Positions 12,410-25,132 are shown, numbered from the stretch's first letter. The stretch is DNA of 64,000 bases from Guillardia theta CCMP2712 (GCF_000315625.1 NW_005434624.1:272991-336990), one strand, 5' to 3'. The notes: a model not told the origin generated them from the letters alone. Program-made: numbers and translations.

Positions 12410-15400
12410 CCCCGCCCCCGCCCCTGCTCCTGATCCTGCTCCTGCTCCTGCCCCTGCCCCCGCCCCCGCCCCTGCCCCTGCCCCCGCCCCTGCCCCTGCC
12501 CCTGCCCCTGCCCCTCCATCACCTTGCTCGCTCTCTGCATGTCACCCGAAGGTTTCTCAGCGCGCTGGCGACCGCGCAGGAGCACCTTGAATGTGATCGC
12601 ACGTCACGCAAGGTCACAGGCATGACCAGCTACATCTGGAGGTCTCGGTCGAAGTCCTGCACGAGACCAGGTCATCTCCTGCTGAAGAAAACCTGGGGAG
12701 GGGCAGGGAAAGAGGAACGGGGAGGAAGAAGGGGAGGGGAGCTGAGAGGGTACTTGGAGAAGAGCTGGAAGGGGAATAAAATGACGAGGGGAGGGGCTGA
12801 TACGAGTACAGCGGAGCAGGCTGCTGGGAAGGAGGGCAGGGGAGGCGAGAGAGTGGGAGAGGGGTGGGAAGGAGCAGGCAGGAAAGGGGCGCAAGGGCAG
12901 AGGAAGGAAGCTGGACCGGTAGGGAAGCTGGGAGGTGAGGGGGTGGGAGCCACCTTGATGGCGAAGAAGAGCAGCTGGATGGCCGAGTTCATGAAGCAGA
13001 GATTCTCGTGTCCTCGAACTCCTGGAAGAAAACGATCAGTGCGAGGAAGGAGCTGACTTGGTTGCGCTGACCGTTGTAGAGGCCGCAGGGACCGGCGTGC
13101 CCTCCCTCAGCCCGTTTCTTACTGTGTAGATTGAAGGTGTGTAAGTGTGAGGAGGACGAACAAGAAGAGAAGGAAACAGGACAAGGAGGAGGAGGAGGAG
13201 GAGCTGGAGCTGGAGCAGGAGCAGGATGGCGAATGATCCAGAGCACGCCGAGAGGAGCACGAGCACGAAATTCGGATTACCCGTTCCTGGTCACCGTCAT
13301 GAATTGAGGTTGCTGCCAGAGCAAGTCAGGTGTACACGAGGGGGGGCAGTGCGCGCGTTCACATTGATCTCCTCCTCCTCCTCAGCGCTGCGGGACGTAC
13401 TTGCCACCTTTCCACAAGGCAACTCCTTCAGTCCTGCTCCCTCCCCCTCCCCCCTCCTCCCTCCCCCCTCCCCCCTCCCCGGCCATTTTGCGCCACCTCT
13501 TGTCTCCGACGTCTGACTTCTTGCCTCGTCTGCTGTGGCCCTGCCGTTGCCGCATTCCTCCTCGTCTTCGCGTGACGGGGCAGGCAGTCAGCAAGGGCAG
13601 CCCAGCAACCTCTGCATCACCTGCTCCTGCTCCGAGAGCGGTCTTCCCCCCCTCTCCTTCCTGTTGCCCTGTTTCTTCTTCGTCTTCTTCCTTGCCCCGG
13701 CCACGCTCGAGCCTTTGCGCCTTGACAAGATGGAAGAGGGAGAGAAGTTGAACTTCATGTGGGAAGATCTGCACAGACAGGCAATGGCCAGCAGCGCACT
13801 GCAGAGCAACGCAGTCGAAAGGACGAAGACGATGGGTCTCCAGCTGTAGACGGCTGTTAACCCGCCCAGGACCCCCACCACCTCGGCTTCATTCAGACCA
13901 AGAGTCAGCATCTCCCAAACAGACGGGAGGCGCAAACTTCACCTTCCCTCCGTCCATAGCCCTTGCTGGGGTAGGGAAGGATTCGAATCCCGTCGGTCAG
14001 TCATCACCAAGACCGAAGGCAACTGGTCACCTCGTACTCTTGCTGCTGTCGACCGCAGGTGTCGTCAATCTCCACTTTGACTCACCCGTCTCTTTCTCTT
14101 GGATCGCAGGCCCTCTCCGTTCTCCTCCAGCCCGGGAGGTCTTGTCGGTGATATGATAAAGCAGCTGGCACTTCCTCTTCCTAAGGACCCCAATGCTCAT
14201 CACTTGATCCTGCCAAAGCAATCACTTCGAGCCTCCCAGCGCTCGAGCCTCCCAGCCTCTCTCCTTCACCTCCGTCATCTCCAGTCTCTGCTGTTGAATC
14301 CATCTCGACACCTTGAGAGGACGAGACAGGCCGTCAGGAGGAACGAAGGCAGCACGTCAGGCAGAGCCAACACCCCGTTCCCAACCTCTCACCTTGCGAG
14401 TGCTCGCCGCCTTGCAGTCTATTATCAAGTTCGAGACCGTAAGTCCCTCCTGCTGAGGAATCGTGCACAGCCAGTGCAGGCAACGAGGGTCCCCGCACCC
14501 GGAGATCGTGACGGGGCTTTGAACCAGGCGCACGTGCGAGTGATAGGGCAGACTGTTGATTGGTTACACGTGGAACAATCACATCAAGAATCACTTCTCA
14601 ATCCACACGTGCAGCTCCGATGGGGCCAAGAACGCCTTGTTGTGACAGAAGACAGTCTGTGGCTGTTGGCAAGTGAGGCACCGAGTGGTCTGGCAAGCAG
14701 CACTGCGCCTACCAGGTAGATGCTCGAGTTGTTGCACGGGTCACCCTGGCATCGTAGAACAGACCAGGAGCCTCCTGTTTGCTGATTTCGTCTGAAGGGC
14801 ATACAAAAGACGCATACATACAGTCAGAAAGATCGATCGTGGTGGTGGTGAGGAGGAGGAGGAGCTGCCGATTACCCGAAGACGATATAGCTCTGAGAAG
14901 TAAGGTTCAGCAGCTGCAGGTCCGGTCTATCCTCGGGTGGTATGCGATCCACTGTGGCAGAACATCGTCTCACGGGATTGATGCTCCGGTGCTCAGAGAA
15001 CTTCACCTCTCGATGCCGCTCCGAAGCTGATGGAGGTAGCTTGTGACGGCAGGGTAGCTGTAAGGGTACGGAGTGAATGAAAACGCTGGGTTGTCAACGA
15101 CTTACATAGCAGGCAGAACAGACAGCAGAAAAGCAGCATCTCCTCTCCTCCTCGACTTGTCATAGGACACAGTTTGAAGTGCACAACTCGTAAGTCACAT
15201 GCTGCGGATGTCGTGCTCCTACTCAATCGATCCTTCGAGCGCTTCCATGCTCACTCCAGCCATCAGACCAAGGAGCTACTGAGACCCATTGGCGACCGCA
15301 TGCAGATAGCTCTTGGTGGCATGCGACTTCGGCAGCCAGGCTTGGGCCTTCCTCCCCTCCTCTCACTCCCCTCCTCTCACTCCCCTCCTCTCACTCCTCT

Positions 15401-15433
15401 CCTCTCACTCCTCCGAGCCGCATCTCTCGCCAT
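8344..15433 (-). CDS. Ubiquitin-specific protease (peptidase C19), multi-exon; catalytic domain ~8344-13120, 5' extent uncertain
   Basis: Cys box GLYN..NLCFMNSAIQLL (~12960-13090), IVCVRRFRFDK, His box GICYHLGGSLE/AGHYVCAVKD, WWECNDH, terminal AYLLVYHKLDS*. An upstream exon encodes a TM-like stretch followed by a basic stretch. Confidence 0.85.
10741..10842. repeat. (CAG)n microsatellite, representative of many intronic simple repeats ((GGA)n, (CCTCGC)n, (CCTGCT)n)
   Basis: Directly visible. These repeats generate the spurious poly-Q/C/S/RA/PA ORFs in the track. Confidence 0.95.
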
Positions 15434-16058
15434 GAATGGATGTGACACTGGGAACCATCCCAGCAGGGCGGTCATAAACCGCCCGGGCCCGGCGGGCAGG
15501 CCCGGGACTACTGAGGGACCGGGCCCCGGGCCCCGTTGGCCCCGGGCCGGCGGGAACTCAACCGCCGGGCGTCTTCAACTGAGTTGTGGACTCTGAGATT
15601 TTTTCATAGGGGTCTGGGGCATTACCGGTCGTACGACCCACTTACCTTTGTGATAGTGAACTCTTAGGATGTCCATGGAGACCCAGTCAAACGAGCCTTG
15701 CGGTCTGATCTTATTGCTTCAATTAGTTCTTCTGCCACATCTGGCCTCTTCCATTCAGACCCCCCCGGGCCCGGCATTTTACAAGGACCCACCCCCTTGT
15801 AATCTATCTGCATTTATTACCCTACCCTACCCGAGTAGAGGTACTACTCGCAACGGATCATCGTCAACTCTCGTCAAAAAGTACTCCGAGGGGTGGGGTA
15901 GATCTACTACCCGTGGTTTTAGGATGTGTTTGGATGTTGTAGGACCCAGTACGTTTTCCTTTCGACCCGACCCCAGCGGCGGCTAAATAGAAGCGTTCGC
16001 TCATGGCCGCTAATAAGCCTGGCATGTGACAGTGAGAGGTAGGAAGTGAGGAAAGATC

Positions 16059-18170
16059 ATGGACAGACTGAGAGACTCAGTGTTGAGAAGTCTTGATGAG
16101 AAGATGCGTGATGAGACGAAATCATGGACGAGAAAGAGAGGACCTGAGTTGAGTTCAACAGCTAATCCACTCACATTCATTTACGCCCTCCTCGTTGTAA
16201 CTTCTGTTGGCTACCAGGGCTCTGATCTGAAGCTTTACTCCAGGGGCACGATGATATCGGGCAACCCCAGGAGCTTGGAGCGCAAGTTGTCCTCGGAATC
16301 TGTCAAGGACAACGTGTTGCTTGTCGACGGTTCAGACACCAACACGAAACGCTTCAAGCTGATGAAGGTCCCGTCCTATGTGAAAGAATACCGAAGATTT
16401 CAACGAAGTGAGCTGGAGGTTGGCAACATGCTCAAGAAGGGGGCTTGCTGCTCCTTCTGGTATGCTGTGGTGGTCCAGAACATGAAGCCAGTCATGGTGA
16501 AGGCACTCTACCCGGATCCCGATTTAGACCCCGATGACTTCAAGGTCAAGAAAAGCTGCGAGAAGGTGGATGTGATCAAGAAGGAGGAGGAGATTCTGAG
16601 CATGCTGCCTCCTCACCCCAACGTCAACGGCTTCTACGGCATGACAGAGGACATGCGAGTCCTCGTGTTGGAGGAAGTTCGAACGGATCTCGCCACTGTC
16701 CTCCACCTCACAGAGCATCTGATTCCCATTACCATCCTCAAGTGGACTCGAGACATCCTGCTGGGCCTTGCTCACATCCACGGCACCCAGGTGATGCGAC
16801 GGAGCAGCTGGGGAGGTTCTAACACGAGCGGGCAGGTTGTACACCAGGACATCAGTCCGAACAACATCTGTATAACCAGCCAGTACCGGGCCCAGATCTC
16901 AGAGTTTTCGAAATCTTGTAGGCTGGAACGTCAAGAGCAGCTCCAGAACAAGCAAAGAATTGGAACGCTGTGAGTGTAGTGTATCCCATGATTGTGCGGA
17001 TGACGATAGGAGCAGTTCGTACAGAGCGCCTGAGTTGATTATGGGCGCCAAAACATACAACAACAAGGTACACAGCCCCTGTGAAGTGAGCAAGTGCCCT
17101 CTGACATGCAGGCAAAGATCGACTGTTGGTCTGTTGGGATTGTAATCCTGGAGATGCTGCTCGGTGACTGCCCAGTGTCCGGACTCGTCACCGACGTATG
17201 CACATGTCACAATCCGTTCCATTCAAACTTCAACTTTGATCAGCTCAAGATGATCTTCAAGGTCCTTTTCATGATCCACTTGCCTGCTCTGACTCCAGTT
17301 CCTGGTCAGCTGGTTGGTACTCCCACTGACGAGACTTTCCTGACCAAGCTGGACTGCTTTGCTCATTTCTCATCGTGGAAGGTGTACCGACGTGGATTGA
17401 AGCAGAAGGTGCTTGACGCTCCACATGAGGTCAGCTAACAACAGCTCTGACGCGGCCAAGGTATGGGAAGCTTGCATCCTTGATCACAAGCCGCAGCATG
17501 GCTTCTTTTCGAGGAAGACCGCAAAGGAATCGATTGAGAAGTCGTCCGGAGATGACCCAATCACCCTGGAAGAATTGAAAGCCTACTCGGTGATTTGAAA
17601 ATCTCAGCTCTGCACACTGCAACTCTATCGCGCCATGCTTGACGAGAACCACAGGGATGGTACGAAGTGCTGGAGGGTTTACTGAAATTGGATCCCAATC
17701 GGAGAATTACAGCCAAACAGGTGGGATGAGAGAGGCGGAGGGAGATAGCTAGTGAATACTTCATGGGAGAATCCGACAGCATGAAAGTGATGAAAGGACA
17801 AGATTGGAAAGGGAAAGGATGGACCATCAAAAGTGAAGAGGTTATAGCGAGCAGCAGCGACTGAGATAGCCCGCAGGCCTTGGGGTCGTTGCGTTACTTC
17901 GACTCCTTTGAAGAAAGCTTGTGGAATGATCCCCATGCAGCCGCACCCGGTCGAGTCCGACCGTTGACCGCGCTGAGGGGGAGGAGGAGGACGGGCTCGA
18001 AGAAGCAGGATAGCTCGGGGCATAAGGTCTCAGCGGGGAGCAGCTTTAGGCGATCCATCAACGTTCAAAACGTGGCCTCCACCATGTTCCTGGTGAAGGA
18101 GTTTGGGCGCAACTTGTACCAGGCATCAAAAGATCGGACGAAAGACAAAGGGTCGGTTGGACCATCGTGA
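16059..18170 (+). CDS. CMGC (CDK/MAPK)-like Ser/Thr kinase, atypical or pseudokinase, multi-exon
   Basis: VMVK lysine, HPNV, HQDISPNN catalytic loop, EFS in place of DFG, YRAPEL, IDCWSVGIVILEMLLG, DQLKMIFK-LVGTP, LLKLDPNRRITA. Confidence 0.85.
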
Positions 18171-18362
18171 ACAGACAGAGGTCAGAAGTATCCCATGGAT
18201 CGGGTGTGTATATTATGTACATTACAATCGTCCCATCTTGGAGCTCTCAAACTCATGGCTGATGTGCATATGCCACTGACATGTCCTTGGAGAGAACCGC
18301 TCGGAGCTCTCATTCGCCATGATATTTGCATCGCACTTCCTCGTGCGAGATTGCTTGCTCTG

Positions 18363-18815
18363 CTACCTTTGGTGGTACGGATAGATCACGGACTCGTCAT
18401 CTGTCGCGCTCATGTACCATCTGAGCCATCTCGAGTCGATGCAAGTCCTTGCACACGGACCAGGACTATCCTCGACACCTGCTTCCCCCTGGCTCTCGCC
18501 GATGCTACTTGCTGTTTCCGAGCCGCCTTCTCGTGTAACATCCTGGTTATACCGTGCCGAGCTGGGGCCTCCCTTCTTGTACGGCCATCGCATGACTCCC
18601 AGCTTCCGGCATGCAGACTTGAGGCTGGTCAGACAGACCCCGAGTCTTTCCGCCGCTTCTTCTTGCCTCATGCAGTAGAGGGGCTCGAGCACCTGTAGGT
18701 CGATGCTGACCTCTATCGGCGGGCCGTCGATGCCATCAGGTCTTGATCTCGGGGCGACTATGACGCGCTCGGAGAAGCTTGGTGCTGAGGCGTTGCTGTT
18801 GTCGCTCTCCGACAT
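18363..18815 (-). CDS. RWP-RK domain transcription factor (type A, left arm)
   Basis: LEPLYCMRQEEAAERLGVCLTSLKSACRKLGVMRWPYKK. Confidence 0.92.
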   Translation of the reverse strand: MSESDNSNASAPSFSERVIVAPRSRPDGIDGPPIEVSIDLQVLEPLYCMRQEEAAERLGVCLTSLKSACRKLGVMRWPYKKGGPSSARYNQDVTREGGSETASSIGESQGEAGVEDSPGPCARTCIDSRWLRWYMSATDDESVIYPYHQR

Positions 18816-19343
18816 GGCTTGGTTCGGTCGTGGTGCCGCTACGAATGGAGGCTGATAAAAGGGGCAGGGGGCTTCCCGTATCCTCCGGAAAGAGAGTGTT
18901 TTCGGCTTTAAACCAGGTATCTGCTGATAGGCTTTAATGCGAAAACCTTGCTTTTAAGGGTTTCGAATGCATCAGACGATTCCACACCCCCATCTCGTCA
19001 ACCGACACAACGGTCAAGAAGCAACCTTTGGCTTGAACCCCCTTTAGGCCATGTACGCCGAAGGCTCGCGATCGTCAGTGAAAACCAAGGTGCAGACCCC
19101 AACCGCTCGCGCATGCCACAGCAACTCATCCTCCTGCCAAGCACAGTATGGAGCCGTCTCCTCGATGCTACATGACCTCCCGCACGGCGTTGTATGGACG
19201 ACGACATGCTCCCAACGCAACGATATCACAACAAATCCGAATGGGCCATCCAAGTGTTTCTTCATTCCATAACTCATATACATGTACCGGTTTATACTAT
19301 CACATCGCCCCTACCGTGAGCATGACGTCATGCTCGGGCTCCC

Positions 19344-19883
19344 TCACACTCCCACTGCCTCTACTGACTCGGCTGTCCCGCAAAAACACTGGAGCCACTC
19401 CTCCCATCCGACCTCCTCGTCCTCCGACAAGGATATTCCGAGCTCTCGCACGACGGGGTCCTCCTGGGGGGAGGGCTGGGCGACATGGCGACGGCTGCCT
19501 CCAGGGCAGGCAGGCCAGGCTGGCTCGGACTGCGGCTCAGCTAGCGACGGTCCTGACGCGACCTCGCCGCTCAACTGAGAGCAGGAGGTAGCGAAGAACG
19601 CCATCAGGTTGTAGTCCACGTTGCTGACGAGGGCGCGGGCGTTGGTGTCCTTCTTTTTCTGTGCATAGCCCATGCTCTTGGTGTACGGCCAACGCCTGAT
19701 CCCGAGCTTTCTACACGCAGACTTCAAGCTCGTCAAGCAGATGCCGAGCTGCTCGGCGGCCTTGTCTTGCCGCAGATGGAAGAGACTCTGCAGCGTCTCG
19801 AAGTCGATGCGCACATCTTGACCAAGGGGCTGTGAGCAGGAGACCTTGGGGCGAGGGGAGATGGTCACTTGATCCTCCATCAT
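19344..19883 (-). CDS. RWP-RK domain transcription factor (type B, left arm)
   Basis: LQSLFHLRQDKAAEQLGICLTSLKSACRKLGIRRWPYTK. Confidence 0.92.
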   Translation of the reverse strand: MMEDQVTISPRPKVSCSQPLGQDVRIDFETLQSLFHLRQDKAAEQLGICLTSLKSACRKLGIRRWPYTKSMGYAQKKKDTNARALVSNVDYNLMAFFATSCSQLSGEVASGPSLAEPQSEPAWPACPGGSRRHVAQPSPQEDPVVRELGISLSEDEEVGWEEWLQCFCGTAESVEAVGV

Positions 19884-21298
19884 CGCTTATCTATGCTGCC
19901 GCCGGCTTGTCCGACGAGATGAGGTTATGGGGGGAGAGATTGGATTGAGGTAGGGAGGGCGGCGCGAGGAGGAGGAGCGAAGGGGAAGGGAGGGAGGGGT
20001 AGCGATGGGGAGGGGAGAAGACAGAGGGTATACTGGGGAGCGAGGAAGGGGAGCGTGGGTCGGGAGGACGGAAGCGGGCTAGAAGTAGAGGGCAGGAGAG
20101 AGGATAGTGCATGGTACGGCACGGCACCGCATGGCATCACGAGGAACTCCCTTGATAACGTTGTTAAAATGCAACGTTTCATCAAAACACTTATGGCATG
20201 CTGACCACGATTAACTCCTCACAGGGCTGGAACATGACATCATGTCTCCTTGCTTGTCACAGACTCCAATTCAAATGTCACCCTTACAACTTGAAAGGTC
20301 CGTGCCACGAGGAATAAATTGTGCCAAGTTGGTCTCGGATTCCACGGACCGGGAGTCAGTGACTGGGCCGGCCGGACCGGGTCCTCAGGCCCGGTCACTG
20401 CCACGGACGGTACCGTGCCCCGGCACGGTGCCCGCCCCGGCACTGCGGCACCGTGCGGCCCGGGCCGCCCGGCCAGCCGCTGAGCGGCCTGAGACTGCCG
20501 CCCGGCCGGCAGCCGTGCAGGGGCCGGCGGCCGACGTCGCCCCGGCCCTGACTCCAGTGATACAACGGCGGCCCGTTCACACGTGACCGGCCCCCGTCAC
20601 CCAGCGGCTCGGCGGCGGGCCGGCCGGGCCGGGCGCCAGGGCACTGCACTGCGGCGGCCCTGGCCGCGGCCCGCGGCCGGGCGGCGGGCCGCCCGCGGAC
20701 GTGCCAGGACTTGACCCGGTTCGACCGGGCCGGGCCACGCGCCGCCGGGCCCCGGCGGCCGCGCGGTGCCACCCTGATCGGACCGTACTCGTGCGGTCAC
20801 CCGGACTCGGACTCCAGTGGCCCGGGCGGCCCGGCGGCGGCGGCCCGAGCGCAATTGAACGGCGCCGGTTGCGGCCGGCAAATGGCCGTGCCGGTGACCA
20901 AGAAGCCCTACCGTAGTCACTGACTCACGACTAGCCACGGTAACCGTAAACATGTGGCTCAAGATTGTACACATCCCAACTGACAATTTGAAACGATGCA
21001 AAAACGAAACGTTCTTGGGGGAGTTCCTCGTGACGCCATGCCCACAGATCACCCATGCCGTGCACATCACGTTGCACAAGATCCCCCCGTTCTCTACTTC
21101 TAGCCCGCTTCCGTCCTCCCGACCCACGCTCCCCTTCCTCGCTCCCCAGTATACCCTCTGTCTTCTCCCCTCCCCATCGCTACCCCTCCCTCCCTTCCCC
21201 TTCGCTCCTCCTCCTCGCGCCGCCCTCCCTACCTCAATCCAATCTCTCCCCCCATAACCTCATCTCGTCGGACAAGCCGGCGGCAGCATAGATAAGCG

Positions 21299-21863
21299 AT
21301 GATGGAGGATCAAGTGACCATNNNNNNNNNNNNNNNNNNNNNNNNNNNNNNNNNNNNNNNNNNNNNNNNNNNNNNNNNNNNNNNNNNNNNNNNNNNNNNN
21401 NNNNNNNNNNNNNNNNNNNNNCTATATGATGAGTCTTGCATGACATGCCGCCGAGCAGCTCGGCATCTGCTTGACGAGCTTGAAGTCTGCGTGTAGAAAG
21501 CTCGGGATCAGGCGTTGGCCGTACACCAAGAGCATGGGCTATGCACAGAAAAAGAAGGACACCAACGCCCGCGCCCTCGTCAGCAACGTGGACTACAACC
21601 TGATGGCGTTCTTCGCTACCTCCTGCTCTCAGTTGAGCGGCGAGGTCGCGTCAGGACCGTCGCTAGCTGAGCCGCAGTCCGAGCCAGCCTGGCCTGCCTG
21701 CCCTGGAGGCAGCCGTCGCCATGTCGCCCAGCCCTCCCCCCAGGAGGACCCCGTCGTGCGAGAGCTCGGAATATCCTTGTCGGAGGACGAGGAGGTCGGA
21801 TGGGAGGAGTGGCTCCAGTGTTTTTGCGGGACAGCCGAGTCAGTAGAGGCAGTGGGAGTGTGA
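21299..21863 (+). CDS. RWP-RK domain transcription factor (type B, right arm; spans a gap)
   Basis: MMEDQVT start, N gap, then TSLKSACRKLGIRRWPYTK and a C-terminus identical to 19344-19883. Confidence 0.85.
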
Positions 21864-22373
21864 GGGAGCCCGAGCATGACGTCATGCTCACGGTAGGGGC
21901 GATGTGATAGTATAAACCGGTACATGTATATGAGTTATGGAATGAAGAAACACTTGGATGGCCCATTCGGATTTGTTGTGATATCGTTGCGTTGGGAGCA
22001 TGTCGTCGTCCATACAACGCCGTGCGGGAGGTCATGTAGCATCGAGGAGACGGCTCCATACTGTGCTTGGCAGGAGGATGAGTTGCTGTGGCATGCGCGA
22101 GCGGTTGGGGTCTGCACCTTGGTTTTCACTGACGATCGCGAGCCTTCGGCGTACATGGCCTAAAGGGGGTTCAAGCCAAAGGTTGCTTCTTGACCGTTGT
22201 GTCGGTTGACGAGATGGGGGTGTGGAATCGTCTGATGCATTCGAAACCCTTAAAAGCAAGGTTTTCGCATTAAAGCCTATCAGCAGACACCTGGTTTAAA
22301 GCCGAAAACACTCTCTTTCCGGAGGATACGGTATCAGCCTCCATTCGTAGCGGCATCACGACCGAACCAAGCC

Positions 22374-22814
22374 ATGTCGGAGAGCGACAACAGCAACGCC
22401 TCAGCACCGAGCTTCTCCGAGCGCGTCATAGTCGCCCCGAGATCAAGACCTGATGGCATCGACGGCCCGCCGATAGAGGTCAGCATCGACCTACAGGTGC
22501 TCGAGCCCCTCTACTGCATGAGGCAAGAAGAAGCGGCGGAAAGACTCGGGGTCTGTCTGACCAGCCTCAAGTCTGCATGCCGGAAGCTGGGAGTCATGCG
22601 ATGGCCGTACAAGAAGGGAGGCCCCAGCTCGGCACGGTATAACCAGGATGTTACACGAGAAGGCGGCTCGGAAACGGCAAGTAGCATCGGCGAGAGCCAG
22701 GGGGAAGCAGGTGTCGAGGATAGTCCTGGTCCGTGTGCAAGGACTTGCATCGACTCGAGATGGCTCAGATGGTACATGAGCGCGACAGATGACGAGTCCG
22801 TGATCTATCCGTAG
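22374..22814 (+). CDS. RWP-RK domain transcription factor (type A, right arm; 4 aa shorter)
   Basis: Identical to 18363-18815 until a short tandem duplication (GTCCGTGATCTATCCGTA x2) creates TAG after ..VIYP. Confidence 0.9.
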   Translation: MSESDNSNASAPSFSERVIVAPRSRPDGIDGPPIEVSIDLQVLEPLYCMRQEEAAERLGVCLTSLKSACRKLGVMRWPYKKGGPSSARYNQDVTREGGSETASSIGESQGEAGVEDSPGPCARTCIDSRWLRWYMSATDDESVIYP

Positions 22815-23044
22815 TCCGTGATCTATCCGTACCACCAAAGGTAGCAGAACAAGCAATCTCGCACGAGGAAGTTCGATGCAAATATCATGGCGAATGAGAG
22901 CTCCGAGCGGTTCTCTCCAAGGACATGTCAGTGGCATATGCACATCAGCCATGAGTTTGAGAGCTCCAAGATGGGACGATTGTAATGTACATAATATACA
23001 AATATACACCCCCGATCCATGGGATACTTCTGACCTCTGTCTGT

Positions 23045-23818
23045 TCACGATGGTCCAACCGACCCTTTGTCTTTCGTCCGATCTTTTGATGCCTGGTACA
23101 AGTTGCGTCCAAACTCCTTCACCAGGAACATGGTGGAGGCCACGTTTTGAACGTTGACGGATCGCCTAAAGCTGCTCCCCGCTGAGACCTTATGCCCCGA
23201 GCTATCCTGCTTCTTCGAGCCCGTCCTCCTCCTCCCCCTCAGCGCGGTCAACGGTCGGACTCGACCGGGTGCGGCTGCATGGGGATCATTCCACAAGCTT
23301 TCTTCAAAGGAGTCGAAGTAACGCAACGACCCCAAGGCCTGCGAGCTATCTCAGTCGCTGCTGCTCGCTATAACCTCTTCACTTTTGATGGTTCATCCCT
23401 TTCCCTTTCCAATCTTGTCCTTTCATCACTTTCATGCTGTCGGATTCTCCCATGAAGTATTCACTAGCTATCTCCCTCCGCCTCTCTCATCCCACCTGTT
23501 TGGCTGTAATTCTCCGATTGGGATCCAATTTCAGTAAACCCTCCAGCACTTCGTGACTACCGTACCATCGGCCCTGTGGTTCTCGTCACATGATCGGATC
23601 ATGCGGCGCGAGTTGCAGTGTGCAAAGCTGAGATTTTCAAATCACCGAGTAGGCTTTCAATTCTTCCAGGGTGATTGGGTCATCTCCGGACGACTTCTCA
23701 ATCGATTCCTTTGCGGTCTTCCTCCAAAAGAAGCCATGTTGTTTCAAGTTTGCGGAGCGTCAAGCAGTGTCACCTTCTGCTTCAATCCACGTCCGGGTAC
23801 ACCTTCCACGATGAGAAA
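23045..23818 (-). pseudogene. 3' fragment of the kinase gene copied in the inverted duplication
   Basis: Matches 17366-18170 with indels near the outer end. Lacks the N-lobe and catalytic loop. Confidence 0.85.
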
Positions 23819-25132
23819 GCTGACCCACACGGTCTTGTCCGAGAGTTAGGCGTGCCACGGCGGCGCACTGCCGCTAGGCGGGCCCGGCTATTTGTGACCG
23901 CACTTGACTGAGCACCCTCCCGGTCGGCCCGATCGGTGACCCGGTCGCCGCGGGCCGCCGCCGCGGGCCGCCGCCGCCGTCCGACTCAGTGACTCGCCGC
24001 TGAGCCCGGCCCGGCCCGGCCCGGCGGGGCCCGAGCCTGGAGCCTCGGACCGGGAGGTCACTGATCCGACATCGGATGGCCCTGGTTTCAACCGATTCAA
24101 TTCAATGACGTGAGTGGGGAGGAGGGGTAAGCGTCTCTTCAACAATGCTGCCGGTAAGGAGATGAAGAAGACAAGAGAATGAAGTGAAGACAAGGTGGCA
24201 GAGGAAAGACTTGTTTTCAAGTCTGTGAGATAGGAGATGAGATGTAGGCGATGACAAACGATCGCAGAATCAGACACGATGATAAGACCTTAACACAACA
24301 GCGCTATCGAGTTGTTAGTTTGCTCATGAGTAAGGGTATCGATTGTGTAGCTCTCTTTGCTTGAACTGGCAGTGAACTTGAAGTGCTGGAAGCTCTTTGA
24401 ATATTTGAGACACTGCTCCGCCATTCGAACTTCATGTTTGGAACGTGTTGCATTGCCAGCAGACCACAACATTTTTAGTCATGGATAAGATCGAAACATT
24501 GATGCACCGTATGCCCCCCCCGTACCTTCTTGTTGGTTTCACCCACACCCAATCTTTCTTGTTGGATTGAGGGCGACACGAGTTGATGTCTTGACTCTTG
24601 ATCTTCCGCTTAGGTTCGCATCTTGTTCGCTCGATCCACCCCAATGCTGGTATGTCTCGATGACGAATGTACCCTTGTGTGATCGAGAGGCTAGGACGCA
24701 TCTTGCGACTGCGTCGGGGAAGACACTCCCTGCTATGGTTCGTCTCCTGCTTTTCAAGCGTCGCGCTGAGTCTGACACAAACCAGCTGGATTCTACAGCG
24801 ACAGTGATGGTGGAGCTGCTGCCAGCATCGTCAGCCCGAGCTACTGGCACATGGGGCCGGTGAGAGACTTGTTGGTCGCCTTGCTCTTACAGTGACTCCA
24901 ACGTGACAGGTAGTCCCTTACGTCCCTGCTTACTTTGAGTAGAGTAGTCGCCTTGTTTCAGTCTCACTGTTTCGCCGGCCTTGACGAGCGGAGCATAAAT
25001 AGAACAGCAGTAGAAGCAATATCAAGCATGCGCTCGCTACTTTCGCGAATCAAATAGTGTGTATGAATAAATCGTCGAAGTGCAGACGAGCATCCCTTCC
25101 ACGAGAGGAGCGTCCAATCTCACAGGACTCAT

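Larger units (their letters stand above)
17366..23818. repeat. Inverted segmental duplication: arms ~17366-20180 and ~20990-23818 around a GC-rich ~0.8-kb spacer
   Basis: Identical ORFs mirrored on opposite strands (19148-19591 vs 21616-22059; 17880-18170 vs 23045-23335). Outer ends match at TTTCTCATCGTGGAAGGTGTACC. Confidence 0.95.

Noticed and set aside
103-13500. Many poly-S/Q/C/RG/PA low-complexity ORFs
   Set aside because: Translations of intronic microsatellites within the dynamin and USP genes.
24290-24863. Overlapping short ORFs as a gene
   Set aside because: No recognisable domain or consistent exon structure could be supported.
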